The translations under genes were made by a program, and so were the position numbers. Positions 31,318 through 40,837 of a DNA stretch of 52,967 nt are shown here, piece by piece. Numbering within the stretch: the stretch's first letter is position 1; the number at the start of each line of letters is the position of its first letter. Origin of the DNA: Comamonadaceae bacterium (GTDB lineage: Bacteria > Pseudomonadota > Gammaproteobacteria > Burkholderiales > Burkholderiaceae_C). The DNA lies in the NCBI GenBank assembly GCA_037132975.1, contig JBAXOZ010000001.1, positions 1 to 52,967 of the forward strand. The letters are read 5' to 3'. The notes beneath the pieces are model-generated. The model searched no databases. It was not told the DNA's origin and was given only the letters and a program-made list of their open reading frames with translations.

Positions 31318-33297
31318 GTGACGGTGCATACCAATTTCAATCTCAATGAACATGTTGGACCCGGTACCCGCAGCAACAAGATTGTGTCTGCGGCCGAGGC
31401 AGTTCGTCTTATTCACGATGGCGATACCGTGGCCACCAGTGGCTTTGTCGGGGTTGGCTTTGCCGAGGGCATTGCGGTAGCGCTGGAAGAGCGTTTCCTG
31501 GCCAGCCAGCGTGAGACTGGCGTCGGCACGCCAGGTCAATTGACGCTGGTCTATGCGGCCGGGCAGGGTGATGGCCAATCCCGCGGGCTCAACCACTTTG
31601 GTCACCGTGGCATGGTCAAGCGCGTCGTGGGAGGGCATTGGGGACTGGTGCCGACGCTGCAAGAGCTGGCGGTCAACAACGAGATCGAGGCCTATAACCT
31701 GCCCCAAGGCGTGATCACGCATCTGTTTCGTGACATCGCCGCCGGCAAACCCGGCACCCTGACCCATGTCGGGCTCGATACCTTTGTGGATCCGCGCTTT
31801 GGCGGCGGCAAGATCAATGATCGCACCACGGAGGATCTGGTGCGCTTGATGCAGATCGACGGCAAGGACTATCTGTTCTACAAGGCGTTTCCGATTTCGG
31901 TCGGCATCATCCGCGCCACCACGGCTGATCCCGATGGCAATCTGACCATGGAGCGCGAGGCCCTGACGCTCGAAGCGCTGGCCATCGCCATGGCGGCGCA
32001 CAACTCGGGCGGTATCGTCATCGCGCAGGTCGAGCGCGTGGCAGAGCGCGGCACCTTGCACTCGCGCCAGGTGCGCGTGCCGGGGGTGCTGGTGGATGCG
32101 GTGGTGGTCGCCAGCGATCCAGCGCATCACATGCAAACCTTTGCTGAACAATACAACCCGGCCTATTCGGGGGAGATTCGGGTGCCCGTGGAAACCCTGG
32201 CGGTAGCGGCGCTGACCGAGCGCAAGGTGATTGCCCGGCGCGCCGCCATGGAACTGCGAGCCGACTCCGTGGTCAACCTTGGCATCGGTATGCCTGAAGG
32301 GGTCGCCGCCGTGGCAACGGAGGAAAAGTTGATTGATTTGCTGACCTTGACGGCGGAGCCTGGTGTCATTGGCGGCATCCCGGCCAGCGGCATGAGCTTT
32401 GGTGCCGCTGTCAACACCCAGGCAGTGCTAGATCAGCCCAACCAATTTGATTTTTATGACGGCGGTGGACTCGATATTGCTGTGCTTGGCCTGGCGCAGG
32501 CCGACGCGCAGGGCAATCTGAATGTCAGCCGGTTTGGCAAGCGGCTGGCCGGCGCGGGCGGTTTTATCAACATCAGCCAAAACGCCAAGATGGTTGTCTT
32601 TGCCGGCACCTTTACGGCAGACAATCTGGAGGTCCGGATCGAGGGCGGACGGCTGCAGATACTGCGCGAAGGCCGAACGCGCAAGTTCGTCAAGGCGGTG
32701 GAACACCGCACCTTCAGCGGTCGTGAAGCGTGCAAGCGAGGGCAGCGCGTGCTGTACGTGACCGAGCGCTGCGTGTTCCGCCTGATCGACAACGGTGCCG
32801 ACGGTGCGCTGGAGTTGATCGAAATCGCACCCGGAATGGATCTGGAGCGCGATGTGCTGGCGCAGATGGATTTCAGGCCTGCCATCAGCCCCCAACTCAA
32901 GCGGATGGACGGTGCCCTGTTCTCCGAGCAGAAGATGGGTTTGCGCGAGCGCTTGCTGGCAACCCCGCTGGCCCAGCGATTCGAGTTTGACAGCAAGCGC
33001 AGACTGCTGTTCATCAATTGCGAAGGATTGGCGATGGATGCCATGTCCGATATTGTCGAAGTGGAGCGCATGATTGAAGACTTGCTGGCACCTTTTGTCA
33101 GCTGTGCAGCCGAGCGTGTGGCCGTGATTGTCAATTACGACAGCTTCACCATTCTGCCGACGTTGGTGGATGCATACTCTGCCATGGTCAAGCGGCTGAC
33201 AACGCGCTTTTACAGTCGTGTCACGCGCTATGGTTCGGGCGGGTTCTTGAAAGCACGGCTCGATGCTGGCAAGATGGCACTTCCTGGAAAAACCTGA
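31318..33297 (+). CDS. acyl-CoA:acetate/3-ketoacid CoA transferase (YdiF/Pct type) with C-terminal extension
   Basis: [33 protein letters not shown] catalytic Glu, [13 protein letters not shown]. Confidence 0.9.
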   Translation: MTVHTNFNLNEHVGPGTRSNKIVSAAEAVRLIHDGDTVATSGFVGVGFAEGIAVALEERFLASQRETGVGTPGQLTLVYAAGQGDGQSRGLNHFGHRGMVKRVVGGHWGLVPTLQELAVNNEIEAYNLPQGVITHLFRDIAAGKPGTLTHVGLDTFVDPRFGGGKINDRTTEDLVRLMQIDGKDYLFYKAFPISVGIIRATTADPDGNLTMEREALTLEALAIAMAAHNSGGIVIAQVERVAERGTLHSRQVRVPGVLVDAVVVASDPAHHMQTFAEQYNPAYSGEIRVPVETLAVAALTERKVIARRAAMELRADSVVNLGIGMPEGVAAVATEEKLIDLLTLTAEPGVIGGIPASGMSFGAAVNTQAVLDQPNQFDFYDGGGLDIAVLGLAQADAQGNLNVSRFGKRLAGAGGFINISQNAKMVVFAGTFTADNLEVRIEGGRLQILREGRTRKFVKAVEHRTFSGREACKRGQRVLYVTERCVFRLIDNGADGALELIEIAPGMDLERDVLAQMDFRPAISPQLKRMDGALFSEQKMGLRERLLATPLAQRFEFDSKRRLLFINCEGLAMDAMSDIVEVERMIEDLLAPFVSCAAERVAVIVNYDSFTILPTLVDAYSAMVKRLTTRFYSRVTRYGSGGFLKARLDAGKMALPGKT

Positions 33298-33366
33298 CAG
33301 CAGGTGAAACGGCTGAAGGCCGGGGCGCCAGTCGTGCGAGAATAATCGTAATTCAGGAAAGCCTTT

Positions 33367-35295
33367 TTGAAACTCAGAAGCAAAATCTCGACCTTTGCCC
33401 TGCTTTGCGTCGCACTGGGCAGTCAGGCGCTGACCTTGGGACCGGTGCAGGGCACGGCAGTGCTGGGGCAGGCGCTGGATGTCCTGGTCCAGGTCCAGAT
33501 GGACGCCGGCGAGGACCCCGCCCTGTGTTTTGAGGCAGAGGTGTTCCACGCCGATGCGCGCCAGGATGGCGGCAAGGTGCGTACCGTGGTTGAGAAGCAG
33601 GCGCAGGGCCGCACGGCCACTGTACGGATCGTGTCTGCGTCGCTGGTTGATGAGCCCGTGGTCGCGATTAATTTGCGTTCTACCTGCGGCCCGAAGCTAT
33701 CGCGTCGCTTTGTGCTGTTCGCTGATTTGCCGGAAGGCGCCCTGGCAAGCCCACTGCCGGTGGCCGCGGCGCCGACACCGGCTCCTGCTACCTCCGGTCC
33801 AGTCAAGCCGGCTGTGAAGACCACCGCTCCGGCGCGCTTGCCAAGAGCCAAAGCCAAACTGTCACTGGCTTCCGAACCGGTTGCCGTGCTCCCTGTCGAG
33901 CCCAAGTCGGCGGCAACCAAGCGCTCAGTTGCCCCCGCACCCAAGGCAGAGACCACTGGCAAACTTCCCTCCGGGCGCGTTGTCGGCGCGGCTCGCTTGA
34001 AGCTTGATCCCCTGGACGTGCTGTCAGACCGGATTGCGAATCTGGACTCTTTCATGAGCTTTGCGCCCTCCGAGGACGCGCTGGCGAACATTCAGAAAGT
34101 AAAGACGCTGGAAGCTGAAGTGAAGGCTTTGCGTGACTCGGCACTGAAGAATGAGCGGGCTCTGGCGGAGTTCAGGAGCCGCCTGCAGCAAGCCGAGGCG
34201 CAGCGTTCTTCTGGCGAACTTGTGTACCTGCTGGCAGGCGTGGTGGTTTGCTGTCTGCTCGCCGCGTTCTGGCTTTGGCGTCGTCAACGGCATGGCCTTG
34301 CTGGCGCCCAAAACTGGTGGAGCGATGGTGTCACAGGTCAGCCGCCCGAGGCGGACCGGTTGGCGCCCGCGCCCGTTGTCGCGCCGGTGAGCCACAGCGA
34401 GCGGCAATCCCTGGAGCACGGCCTGGCTTACGGGATGGAAGCGCAAGCGGTCGACTTGACGGACTCCATGTTTAGCAAGTTGATGCAGCCTGACGCGATG
34501 GGTCAGAGCACAAGCAAGGCGGCGTCGCTGCAGCCACACGCCAAGTTGGCGCGCAGCCTGAATTCAGACGAAATATTGGCGCTGCGTGCAAAGGCTCAAG
34601 ATTGTGTTGTTGCTGGCAAGCCGGAGCGCGCGGCTGCCCTGCTGAAGCAGCAGATCAGTGAGGGCGACGAGCCCAATCCGTTTGTCTATCTTGATTTGCT
34701 GACGCTGTTTCATGCGATGAATCTGCAAACCGATTTCCAGCAGTGCGCACAGGATTTCAATCTGCTGTTTAACGGCAAGGTGCCGGAATTCGCCTTTTTC
34801 AAGGACGAGGGCAAGAGCCTGGAGTCTTACCCCGAAGTGTTGGCCCGCATCACCGAGCACTGGCCGACACTCAAGGTGCTGGAAGTGATTGAGGCCTGTG
34901 TGTTTCGCGATCCCTGGGCCGGCAGCAGCGAACCTTTTGACTTGGCAGCCATGCACGACTTGATGATGCTCCATGGCGTAGCGCAAAGCCTGGTTCTTGC
35001 TGAGATTCCGCAAGGCGAAGCTGCCGCATCAGCCCATTCGGCGGTTGCCGAGGCGCGCCCGAGCCAGCATGCGGGCCTGGATTTTGACTATGCCGATTCG
35101 GTGGCATCAAGCTTTCCGGCATTGTCAAAAAGTGCACTCGCTGACTTGTTCGGACATCCGGTCGAGCCGCATGCCACGGTGGATATCGATCTCGATCTGG
35201 ATCTCAATTTGTCCGATCTGGATGGGCCGGGGCCTTCTGCCACCGTTGCGCCACCAACGCAAGCCGGCCTGCAACTGAAAAATTCGGGCTACTGA
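33367..35295 (+). CDS. FimV-like membrane-anchored protein
   Basis: Signal peptide, ALTLG...LGQALD FimV-type N terminus, Pro/Ala linker, coiled coil, one TM helix, acidic DIDLDLDL tail; TTG start uncertain. Confidence 0.65.
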   Translation: MKLRSKISTFALLCVALGSQALTLGPVQGTAVLGQALDVLVQVQMDAGEDPALCFEAEVFHADARQDGGKVRTVVEKQAQGRTATVRIVSASLVDEPVVAINLRSTCGPKLSRRFVLFADLPEGALASPLPVAAAPTPAPATSGPVKPAVKTTAPARLPRAKAKLSLASEPVAVLPVEPKSAATKRSVAPAPKAETTGKLPSGRVVGAARLKLDPLDVLSDRIANLDSFMSFAPSEDALANIQKVKTLEAEVKALRDSALKNERALAEFRSRLQQAEAQRSSGELVYLLAGVVVCCLLAAFWLWRRQRHGLAGAQNWWSDGVTGQPPEADRLAPAPVVAPVSHSERQSLEHGLAYGMEAQAVDLTDSMFSKLMQPDAMGQSTSKAASLQPHAKLARSLNSDEILALRAKAQDCVVAGKPERAAALLKQQISEGDEPNPFVYLDLLTLFHAMNLQTDFQQCAQDFNLLFNGKVPEFAFFKDEGKSLESYPEVLARITEHWPTLKVLEVIEACVFRDPWAGSSEPFDLAAMHDLMMLHGVAQSLVLAEIPQGEAAASAHSAVAEARPSQHAGLDFDYADSVASSFPALSKSALADLFGHPVEPHATVDIDLDLDLNLSDLDGPGPSATVAPPTQAGLQLKNSGY

Positions 35296-35344
35296 AGTCC
35301 CCGCAACGGGTAGGTGGGCGAGCCAGGGTTTCTACAATGCCCTG

Positions 35345-37642
35345 ATGTTTTCAGAAATTGCAACCGATAGCCTGCAGCAGTCCGCGCTCTTGCACAGTCT
35401 CAACCCCGAGCAGCGCGCTGCCGTCACGCTGCCACCCGAGCATGCCCTGATCCTGGCGGGTGCGGGCTCGGGCAAGACCCGTGTTCTGACAACGCGCATT
35501 GCCTGGCTCCTGCAAACCGGCCAGGTCTCGCCAGCCGGTGTGCTGGCCGTGACCTTTACCAACAAGGCCGCGCGGGAGATGATGACGCGCCTGTCCAGCC
35601 TGCTACCGATCAATGTGCGCGGCATGTGGATTGGCACTTTCCATGGCTTGTGCAACCGTTTCCTGCGCTCGCACTTCAAGCTCGCGAACCTGCCCCAGAG
35701 TTTCCAGATTCTCGATACGCAGGATCAGCTCTCGGCCATCAAGCGCTTGTACAAGCAATTCCAGCTTGACGACGAGCGATTTCCACCCAAGCAGATGCAG
35801 TGGTTCATTGCGGGCTGCAAGGAAGATGGACTGCGACCCAATATGGTGGAAGTGCGCGACCAGGAGTCGCGCAAGAAAGCGGAAATCTTTCAGCTCTACG
35901 AAGAGCAGTGCCAGCGCGAGGGCGTGGTTGATTTTTCGGAGCTGATGCTGCGCAGCTTTGAACTGCTGCGCGATAACGATCCGATCCGCGAACACTATCA
36001 AAGGCGCTTCCGGCACATCCTGATTGACGAGTTTCAGGACACCAACCAGCTGCAGTATGCGTGGATCAAGATGCTCTCTGGAACGGGGGCGCACGGGTCG
36101 GCCGATGACGCAGCCAGCTTCAATCCGACTGGCTGCGTCATGGCGGTGGGCGACGACGATCAGAGCATCTACGCTTTTCGCGGTGCGCGCGTTGGCAACA
36201 TGGCCGACTTTGTGCGTGAGTTCAAAGTGCGCCATCAGATCAAGCTGGAAGAGAATTACCGCAGCGGCAGCAACATCCTGGACTCGGCCAATGAGCTCAT
36301 TGCGCACAACAGCAAGCGTCTGGGCAAGAACCTGCGCACCAGCCAGGGTCCAGGCGAGCCGGTGCGCGTGTTCGAGGCCGCCAGTGACTTTGCCGAAGCA
36401 CAGTGGATGGTCGATGAAATGCGCCAACTGGTGGCGGCGGGGCTTGAGCGCAAGGAAATTGCCGTGCTCTACCGCAGCAATGCGCAAAGTCGCGTGATCG
36501 AGACGGCCTTGTTCAACGCCGCCATGCCCTATAAGGTCTATGGCGGGCTGCGCTTTTTTGAACGGGCCGAAATCAAGAATGCGCTGGCTTACTTGCGCTT
36601 GCTGGAGAACCCGCGTGACGACAGCAGTTTTTTGCGTGCCGTGAATTTTCCGCCGCGCGGCATTGGCCTGCGCAGTCTTGAGCAGTTGCAGGACGCAGCG
36701 CGCGCGCTGGGCTGCTCGCTCAGCGACGCGGTCGGTGGTGTCGGTGGCAAGGCCGGCAGCAACATCGGTGCTTTTCTGGCAAAAATCGAGGTCCTGCGCG
36801 AACAGACGCAAGGCCTGACGCTGCGCGAAATCATCGAACTGGTGCTCGCGCACAGCGGTTTGATCGAGCACTACCGGGCCGACCGCGAAGGCGCAGACCG
36901 TGTCGAAAATCTGGAGGAACTGGTCAACGCGGCCGAGAGTTTTGTCTCGCTGGAGGGCTTTGGCCGTGAGGCGGTGGCGCTGCCGGTGGACGAACTGACG
37001 GCCGATGCCGAAACTGGCGAGACGCTCTCGCCACTGGCTGCCTTTCTGACGCACGCGGCGCTGGAGGCGGGCGACAACCAGGCGCAGGCCGGGCAGGACG
37101 CGATTCAGTTGATGACGGTGCACGCCAGCAAAGGACTGGAATTCGACTGCGTTTTCATCAGTGGCATTGAAGAGGGATTGTTTCCGCACGAAAACTCGAT
37201 GAGCGACCGCGATGGCCTGGAAGAGGAGCGCCGTCTGATGTACGTGGCTATCACGCGCGCACGCAAGCGCCTGTACCTGAGCCATTCCCAGACCCGCATG
37301 TTGCATGGCCAGACGCGCTACAACCTGAAGAGCCGCTTTCTTGAAGAACTGCCCGAATCTGCCCTGAAGTGGATCACCCCCAGAAAGCAGGGACGAGGTT
37401 TTGACTTTGCCCCGAGCGGCGCAGCCGATCTCAAGGGCGGCGCGACCGCTTCGCCAAGCCCGCGCGCGCCGTCGCCGCACGGTTTGCGGGTCGGTATCAA
37501 GGTGTTTCATGGCAAGTTTGGTGAGGGCACGGTCAATGCCCTCGAAGGCAATGGCGACGACGCCCGGGCTCAAATCAATTTTCCGCGACACGGTGTCAAA
37601 TGGCTGGCCCTGAGCGTGGCCAAGCTGACGCTGCTTCCCTGA
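35345..37642 (+). CDS. uvrD: DNA helicase II (UvrD/PcrA)
   Basis: AGAGSGKT, TFTNKAA, DEFQDTN, VGDDDQSIY, TVHASKGLEF, EERRLMYVAITRA. Confidence 0.96.
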   Translation: MFSEIATDSLQQSALLHSLNPEQRAAVTLPPEHALILAGAGSGKTRVLTTRIAWLLQTGQVSPAGVLAVTFTNKAAREMMTRLSSLLPINVRGMWIGTFHGLCNRFLRSHFKLANLPQSFQILDTQDQLSAIKRLYKQFQLDDERFPPKQMQWFIAGCKEDGLRPNMVEVRDQESRKKAEIFQLYEEQCQREGVVDFSELMLRSFELLRDNDPIREHYQRRFRHILIDEFQDTNQLQYAWIKMLSGTGAHGSADDAASFNPTGCVMAVGDDDQSIYAFRGARVGNMADFVREFKVRHQIKLEENYRSGSNILDSANELIAHNSKRLGKNLRTSQGPGEPVRVFEAASDFAEAQWMVDEMRQLVAAGLERKEIAVLYRSNAQSRVIETALFNAAMPYKVYGGLRFFERAEIKNALAYLRLLENPRDDSSFLRAVNFPPRGIGLRSLEQLQDAARALGCSLSDAVGGVGGKAGSNIGAFLAKIEVLREQTQGLTLREIIELVLAHSGLIEHYRADREGADRVENLEELVNAAESFVSLEGFGREAVALPVDELTADAETGETLSPLAAFLTHAALEAGDNQAQAGQDAIQLMTVHASKGLEFDCVFISGIEEGLFPHENSMSDRDGLEEERRLMYVAITRARKRLYLSHSQTRMLHGQTRYNLKSRFLEELPESALKWITPRKQGRGFDFAPSGAADLKGGATASPSPRAPSPHGLRVGIKVFHGKFGEGTVNALEGNGDDARAQINFPRHGVKWLALSVAKLTLLP

Positions 37643-37678
37643 CACCGGCTATTCAGACAGATTTCAAAGGAGTTCAAC

Positions 37679-38974
37679 ATGATGCAAGGAAAAACACTGA
37701 CCTGTCGCGCGCTGCTGGGTGCGGCGCTTTGTGCTGCGGCGTTTGCAGCGCCGGCGCTGGCACAGACGCCCGCCAGTGCAACACCCCCCGCCAATGCGGC
37801 GTCGGCGGCCGGCGCTGCGGAGGCCGCGCCTACCGTGCGGCCAGAGATTGGCAATTTGTTGATCGAGGCACAGCGTCTGCTGGGCGAGAAGAATACCAAG
37901 GACGCCGCGGACAAACTGCGTGCCGCCGAGGCGGTGCCGAACCAGACTCCGTACGAGCAACACATTCTGGCTCGGGTCAAGGGCGCCCTGGCGCAGGTCA
38001 GCGGCGATGCCGATATGGCGGCCCAGCAGTATCAATTGGCGAGTGAGGGCACCTGGCTCAAGCAGGCAGATCGCCTGGCCGGCCTGTACAACATTGCCGG
38101 CATGTATTACAACGCCAAGAACTACGCCAAGGCGATCGACTTCATTGGGCGCTACCAGCAACTCGGTGGTACCGACCCGGCGCTGATTGCCATGCTGGGG
38201 CAGAGTTATTACCTCAACGCTGACTACGGCAACGCAGCCAGGGCGCTTGAGGTGGAGATCGGCAAGTCGCTGGCACAGGGCAAGCCACCGGTCGAAATCC
38301 AGCTCAAGCTGCTGGCCGACTCGCGCAGTCGCGTGCGCGACGAGCCAGGCTATACCAAGGCCCTTGAAACCCTGGCTCAGTACTATCCGAGCAAGGCGAC
38401 CTGGCGCAGTCTGATGCTGCGACTCTGGTCCAAGCCGCAGTTGGCCAGTCGCATGCAACTTGACGTGTATCGCCTGCAGATGGCCAGCGCCGGCTTGACC
38501 GACGCGATCGAATACACGGAGATGGTCGATCTGGCACTGCGGGAAGGATCGGCCATCGAGGCCGCCAGGGTGCTCGAGCAGGGTTACGCAGAGGGCTTGC
38601 TGGTTGCTGCAGACAAGGGTAGCGAATTACAAAAACTCACCGACAAGGCGCGCAAGTCTGCGGCAGAAGACCGTGCCACCTTGGAGAAAGACGTGGTGCG
38701 CGCCAAGACCTTGACCGATGGTCTGGCCATGTTCAACTACGGCTTCAATTTGTTTCACGCCGGACAGACCGAGCGCGGCGTCGCCCAGATGGAGCAGGGT
38801 CTGGCCAAGGGGATCGCTCGCAATGCCGATCTGGCCCGGCTCAGACTGGTCGCCGCCTACGCCGAACTCAAGCAGCGTGACAAGGCGCTGACGCTGTTGC
38901 AGGCCCTGTCTGGCAAGAACGATCCGCTTGGACTGGAGGAATGCGTCAGGTACTGGACACTGCTGCTGCGCTGA
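37679..38974 (+). CDS. exported TPR-like helical repeat protein
   Basis: Ala-rich signal peptide, TPR-like helices (YYNAKNYAKA, YYLNADYGNA); AAGGAG RBS. Confidence 0.7.
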   Translation: MMQGKTLTCRALLGAALCAAAFAAPALAQTPASATPPANAASAAGAAEAAPTVRPEIGNLLIEAQRLLGEKNTKDAADKLRAAEAVPNQTPYEQHILARVKGALAQVSGDADMAAQQYQLASEGTWLKQADRLAGLYNIAGMYYNAKNYAKAIDFIGRYQQLGGTDPALIAMLGQSYYLNADYGNAARALEVEIGKSLAQGKPPVEIQLKLLADSRSRVRDEPGYTKALETLAQYYPSKATWRSLMLRLWSKPQLASRMQLDVYRLQMASAGLTDAIEYTEMVDLALREGSAIEAARVLEQGYAEGLLVAADKGSELQKLTDKARKSAAEDRATLEKDVVRAKTLTDGLAMFNYGFNLFHAGQTERGVAQMEQGLAKGIARNADLARLRLVAAYAELKQRDKALTLLQALSGKNDPLGLEECVRYWTLLLR

Positions 38975-38986
38975 AGCCCTGCACTC

Positions 38987-39766
38987 TCAGGACAGGTCGG
39001 TGGGCGGCGGCCCGAAGGTGTCTTCAAACGTGAAATAGAGCGAGGTAAAGAACATCGAGGCCAGCAGCAGCAGGGCGGGGAAAAGCAGGTCGCCGGCCAG
39101 ACTCGGCTGACCGAGCAGTCCGCCCAGCGTGCTGACCAAGGCCACAACGAATATCAGAACTGCCAGCCACATCAGGGCAAAAACAGCGTACGCCCAGAAG
39201 TTTCGCAGACACGCCAGCAGGCTGAAGAACAGGCTTTTGATCGGCGGGAAACCATGCCAGTGCACCAGTGCCGGTGCATGCCAGAACATCAGCGACAAGG
39301 GCAGATGCAGGCCAATAAAGAGCCACATGGCGCCCTGGAACGAGGGTTCGAGCATCATCTCGCGCGTCGGGGTGGCACCACCCAGATAAACGCGGGCAAA
39401 GTCGCCGCCATCGGCCAGGGACGACAGGCCCAAAGTGACAAGAAAACCCACTGCATACAAAGCGCCCAGCACCAGCATGGCGCGCGCCTGTTGCCGCCCG
39501 GCCCGAAAAGCGGCCAGCAGCACCAGTGGCATGGGAAAGCGACCGTCGCTGGCTTGCCGGGTTGCCACCATCAGCCCCAGCGTTGCCGCCGGCAGCAGGG
39601 TCATGGCCAGGACGAAGCCAATCACGGGCACCTGGCTGGCAACCGTCATCACCGCCATGAACATGAAGAACAGACCGGCGAGCGCCAGCGGCTGCTTGAA
39701 GAAAGTCCGCATGCCCTGCTTGACCCACGCAATACCGGTGCGCGCCGGAAGGATGTTGAGTTTCAT
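38987..39766 (-). CDS. BPSS1780-family membrane protein
   Basis: GIAWVKQG..F.KQPL, WHAPALVHW, multiple TM helices; directly downstream of thrB. Confidence 0.75.
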   Translation of the reverse strand: MKLNILPARTGIAWVKQGMRTFFKQPLALAGLFFMFMAVMTVASQVPVIGFVLAMTLLPAATLGLMVATRQASDGRFPMPLVLLAAFRAGRQQARAMLVLGALYAVGFLVTLGLSSLADGGDFARVYLGGATPTREMMLEPSFQGAMWLFIGLHLPLSLMFWHAPALVHWHGFPPIKSLFFSLLACLRNFWAYAVFALMWLAVLIFVVALVSTLGGLLGQPSLAGDLLFPALLLLASMFFTSLYFTFEDTFGPPPTDLS

Positions 39767-40758
39767 GCGGGTTGCAGCATAGCAGCAGGCAGCACCGGGT
39801 GTTCCACGCGTTGGCGCAGGACGCGCTCAAAGTGGCCCGGATCGTGCGCCTTGAGCAAACTGGCTGCGCGCGGCTGGTGGTAATCCCAGAGTCGCGAAAT
39901 CCAGAAGCGCAGGGCGCCGCCGCGCAGCATGGCGGGCAGCAGTTCAAGCTCGGCCTGGCTTAGCGGGCGCACCCGGCCGTAGGCTTGCAGCAGGGAGCGC
40001 GCGCGTTGCGCGTGGTGGGCACCCGTATCAAGCTCCACGCACCAGTCGTTCAGGCACACGGCCAGATCAAATATCCAGTTGTCGACGCCAGCAAAATAGA
40101 AATCAAAAAAGCCGCTCAGATGCGGTTTGCCAGCCAGCGTCTCAAACATCACGTTGTCGCGAAACAGGTCGGTGTGGATAGGGCCACGCGGCAAGGCAGC
40201 GTAGACCGATGACGGCGCCACCTTGTTCTGGTAGGCCAGTTCGTTGCGCAGCAGTGTCGCCTGCGCGGTGTCGAGTTCAGGCAGCACCACCGGCGCGGTC
40301 TCATTCCACCAGGCGAGGCCGCGCAAATTGGGCTGGGTCAGCGCGAAGTCGCGACCCGCCAGATGCATTCTGGCCAGCGTCGCGCCGACGGCAGCGCAGT
40401 GCTCGCTGGTCGGCGCCAATTCGCTCTGTCCGCGCAGCTTGTTGACTACGGCGGCCGGCTTGCCCTGGAGCTCAAAGACCAGTTCGCCCCGGGCATTGGC
40501 CGTCGGGTCGGGCACCGGTATGCCGCGTTGCGCCAGGTGCTTCATCAGGCGCAGATAGAAGGGTAACTGGGCAAAACTCAGACGCTCAAAAAGGGTCAGC
40601 ACGTAGTCGTGGGTTTCGCCGTCGCGACGGGTGCTGACAAAGTAATTGGTGTTTTCTATGCCACCGGCGCAACCTTGCATGTGCTGCAGCTCGCCGAGCT
40701 TGAGTTCAAGCAGCAGGGCGCGGACCTGTTCGGTCGGAACTTCTGTGTAAACCGCCAT
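39763..40758 (-). CDS. thrB: homoserine kinase (type II, APH fold)
   Basis: MAVYT, GIENTNYF, VLTLFE, HTDLFRDN, DFYFAG, RFWISRL. Confidence 0.95.
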   Translation of the reverse strand: MAVYTEVPTEQVRALLLELKLGELQHMQGCAGGIENTNYFVSTRRDGETHDYVLTLFERLSFAQLPFYLRLMKHLAQRGIPVPDPTANARGELVFELQGKPAAVVNKLRGQSELAPTSEHCAAVGATLARMHLAGRDFALTQPNLRGLAWWNETAPVVLPELDTAQATLLRNELAYQNKVAPSSVYAALPRGPIHTDLFRDNVMFETLAGKPHLSGFFDFYFAGVDNWIFDLAVCLNDWCVELDTGAHHAQRARSLLQAYGRVRPLSQAELELLPAMLRGGALRFWISRLWDYHQPRAASLLKAHDPGHFERVLRQRVEHPVLPAAMLQPA

Positions 40759-40837
40759 GAATCAGAAAATGTGGGCACCGCGCATGCCAGGATTGTAGAA
40801 CTACACACGCTTGCGCCAGCGCAGGCAAAATGGGGTC

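Noticed and set aside
35603-37645. Long antisense ORFs (680 aa opposite uvrD; likewise 27388-29394, 46497-48029, 21266-22678)
   Set aside because: They mirror well-supported genes and have no recognisable motifs; such shadow ORFs are expected from GC-rich codon bias.
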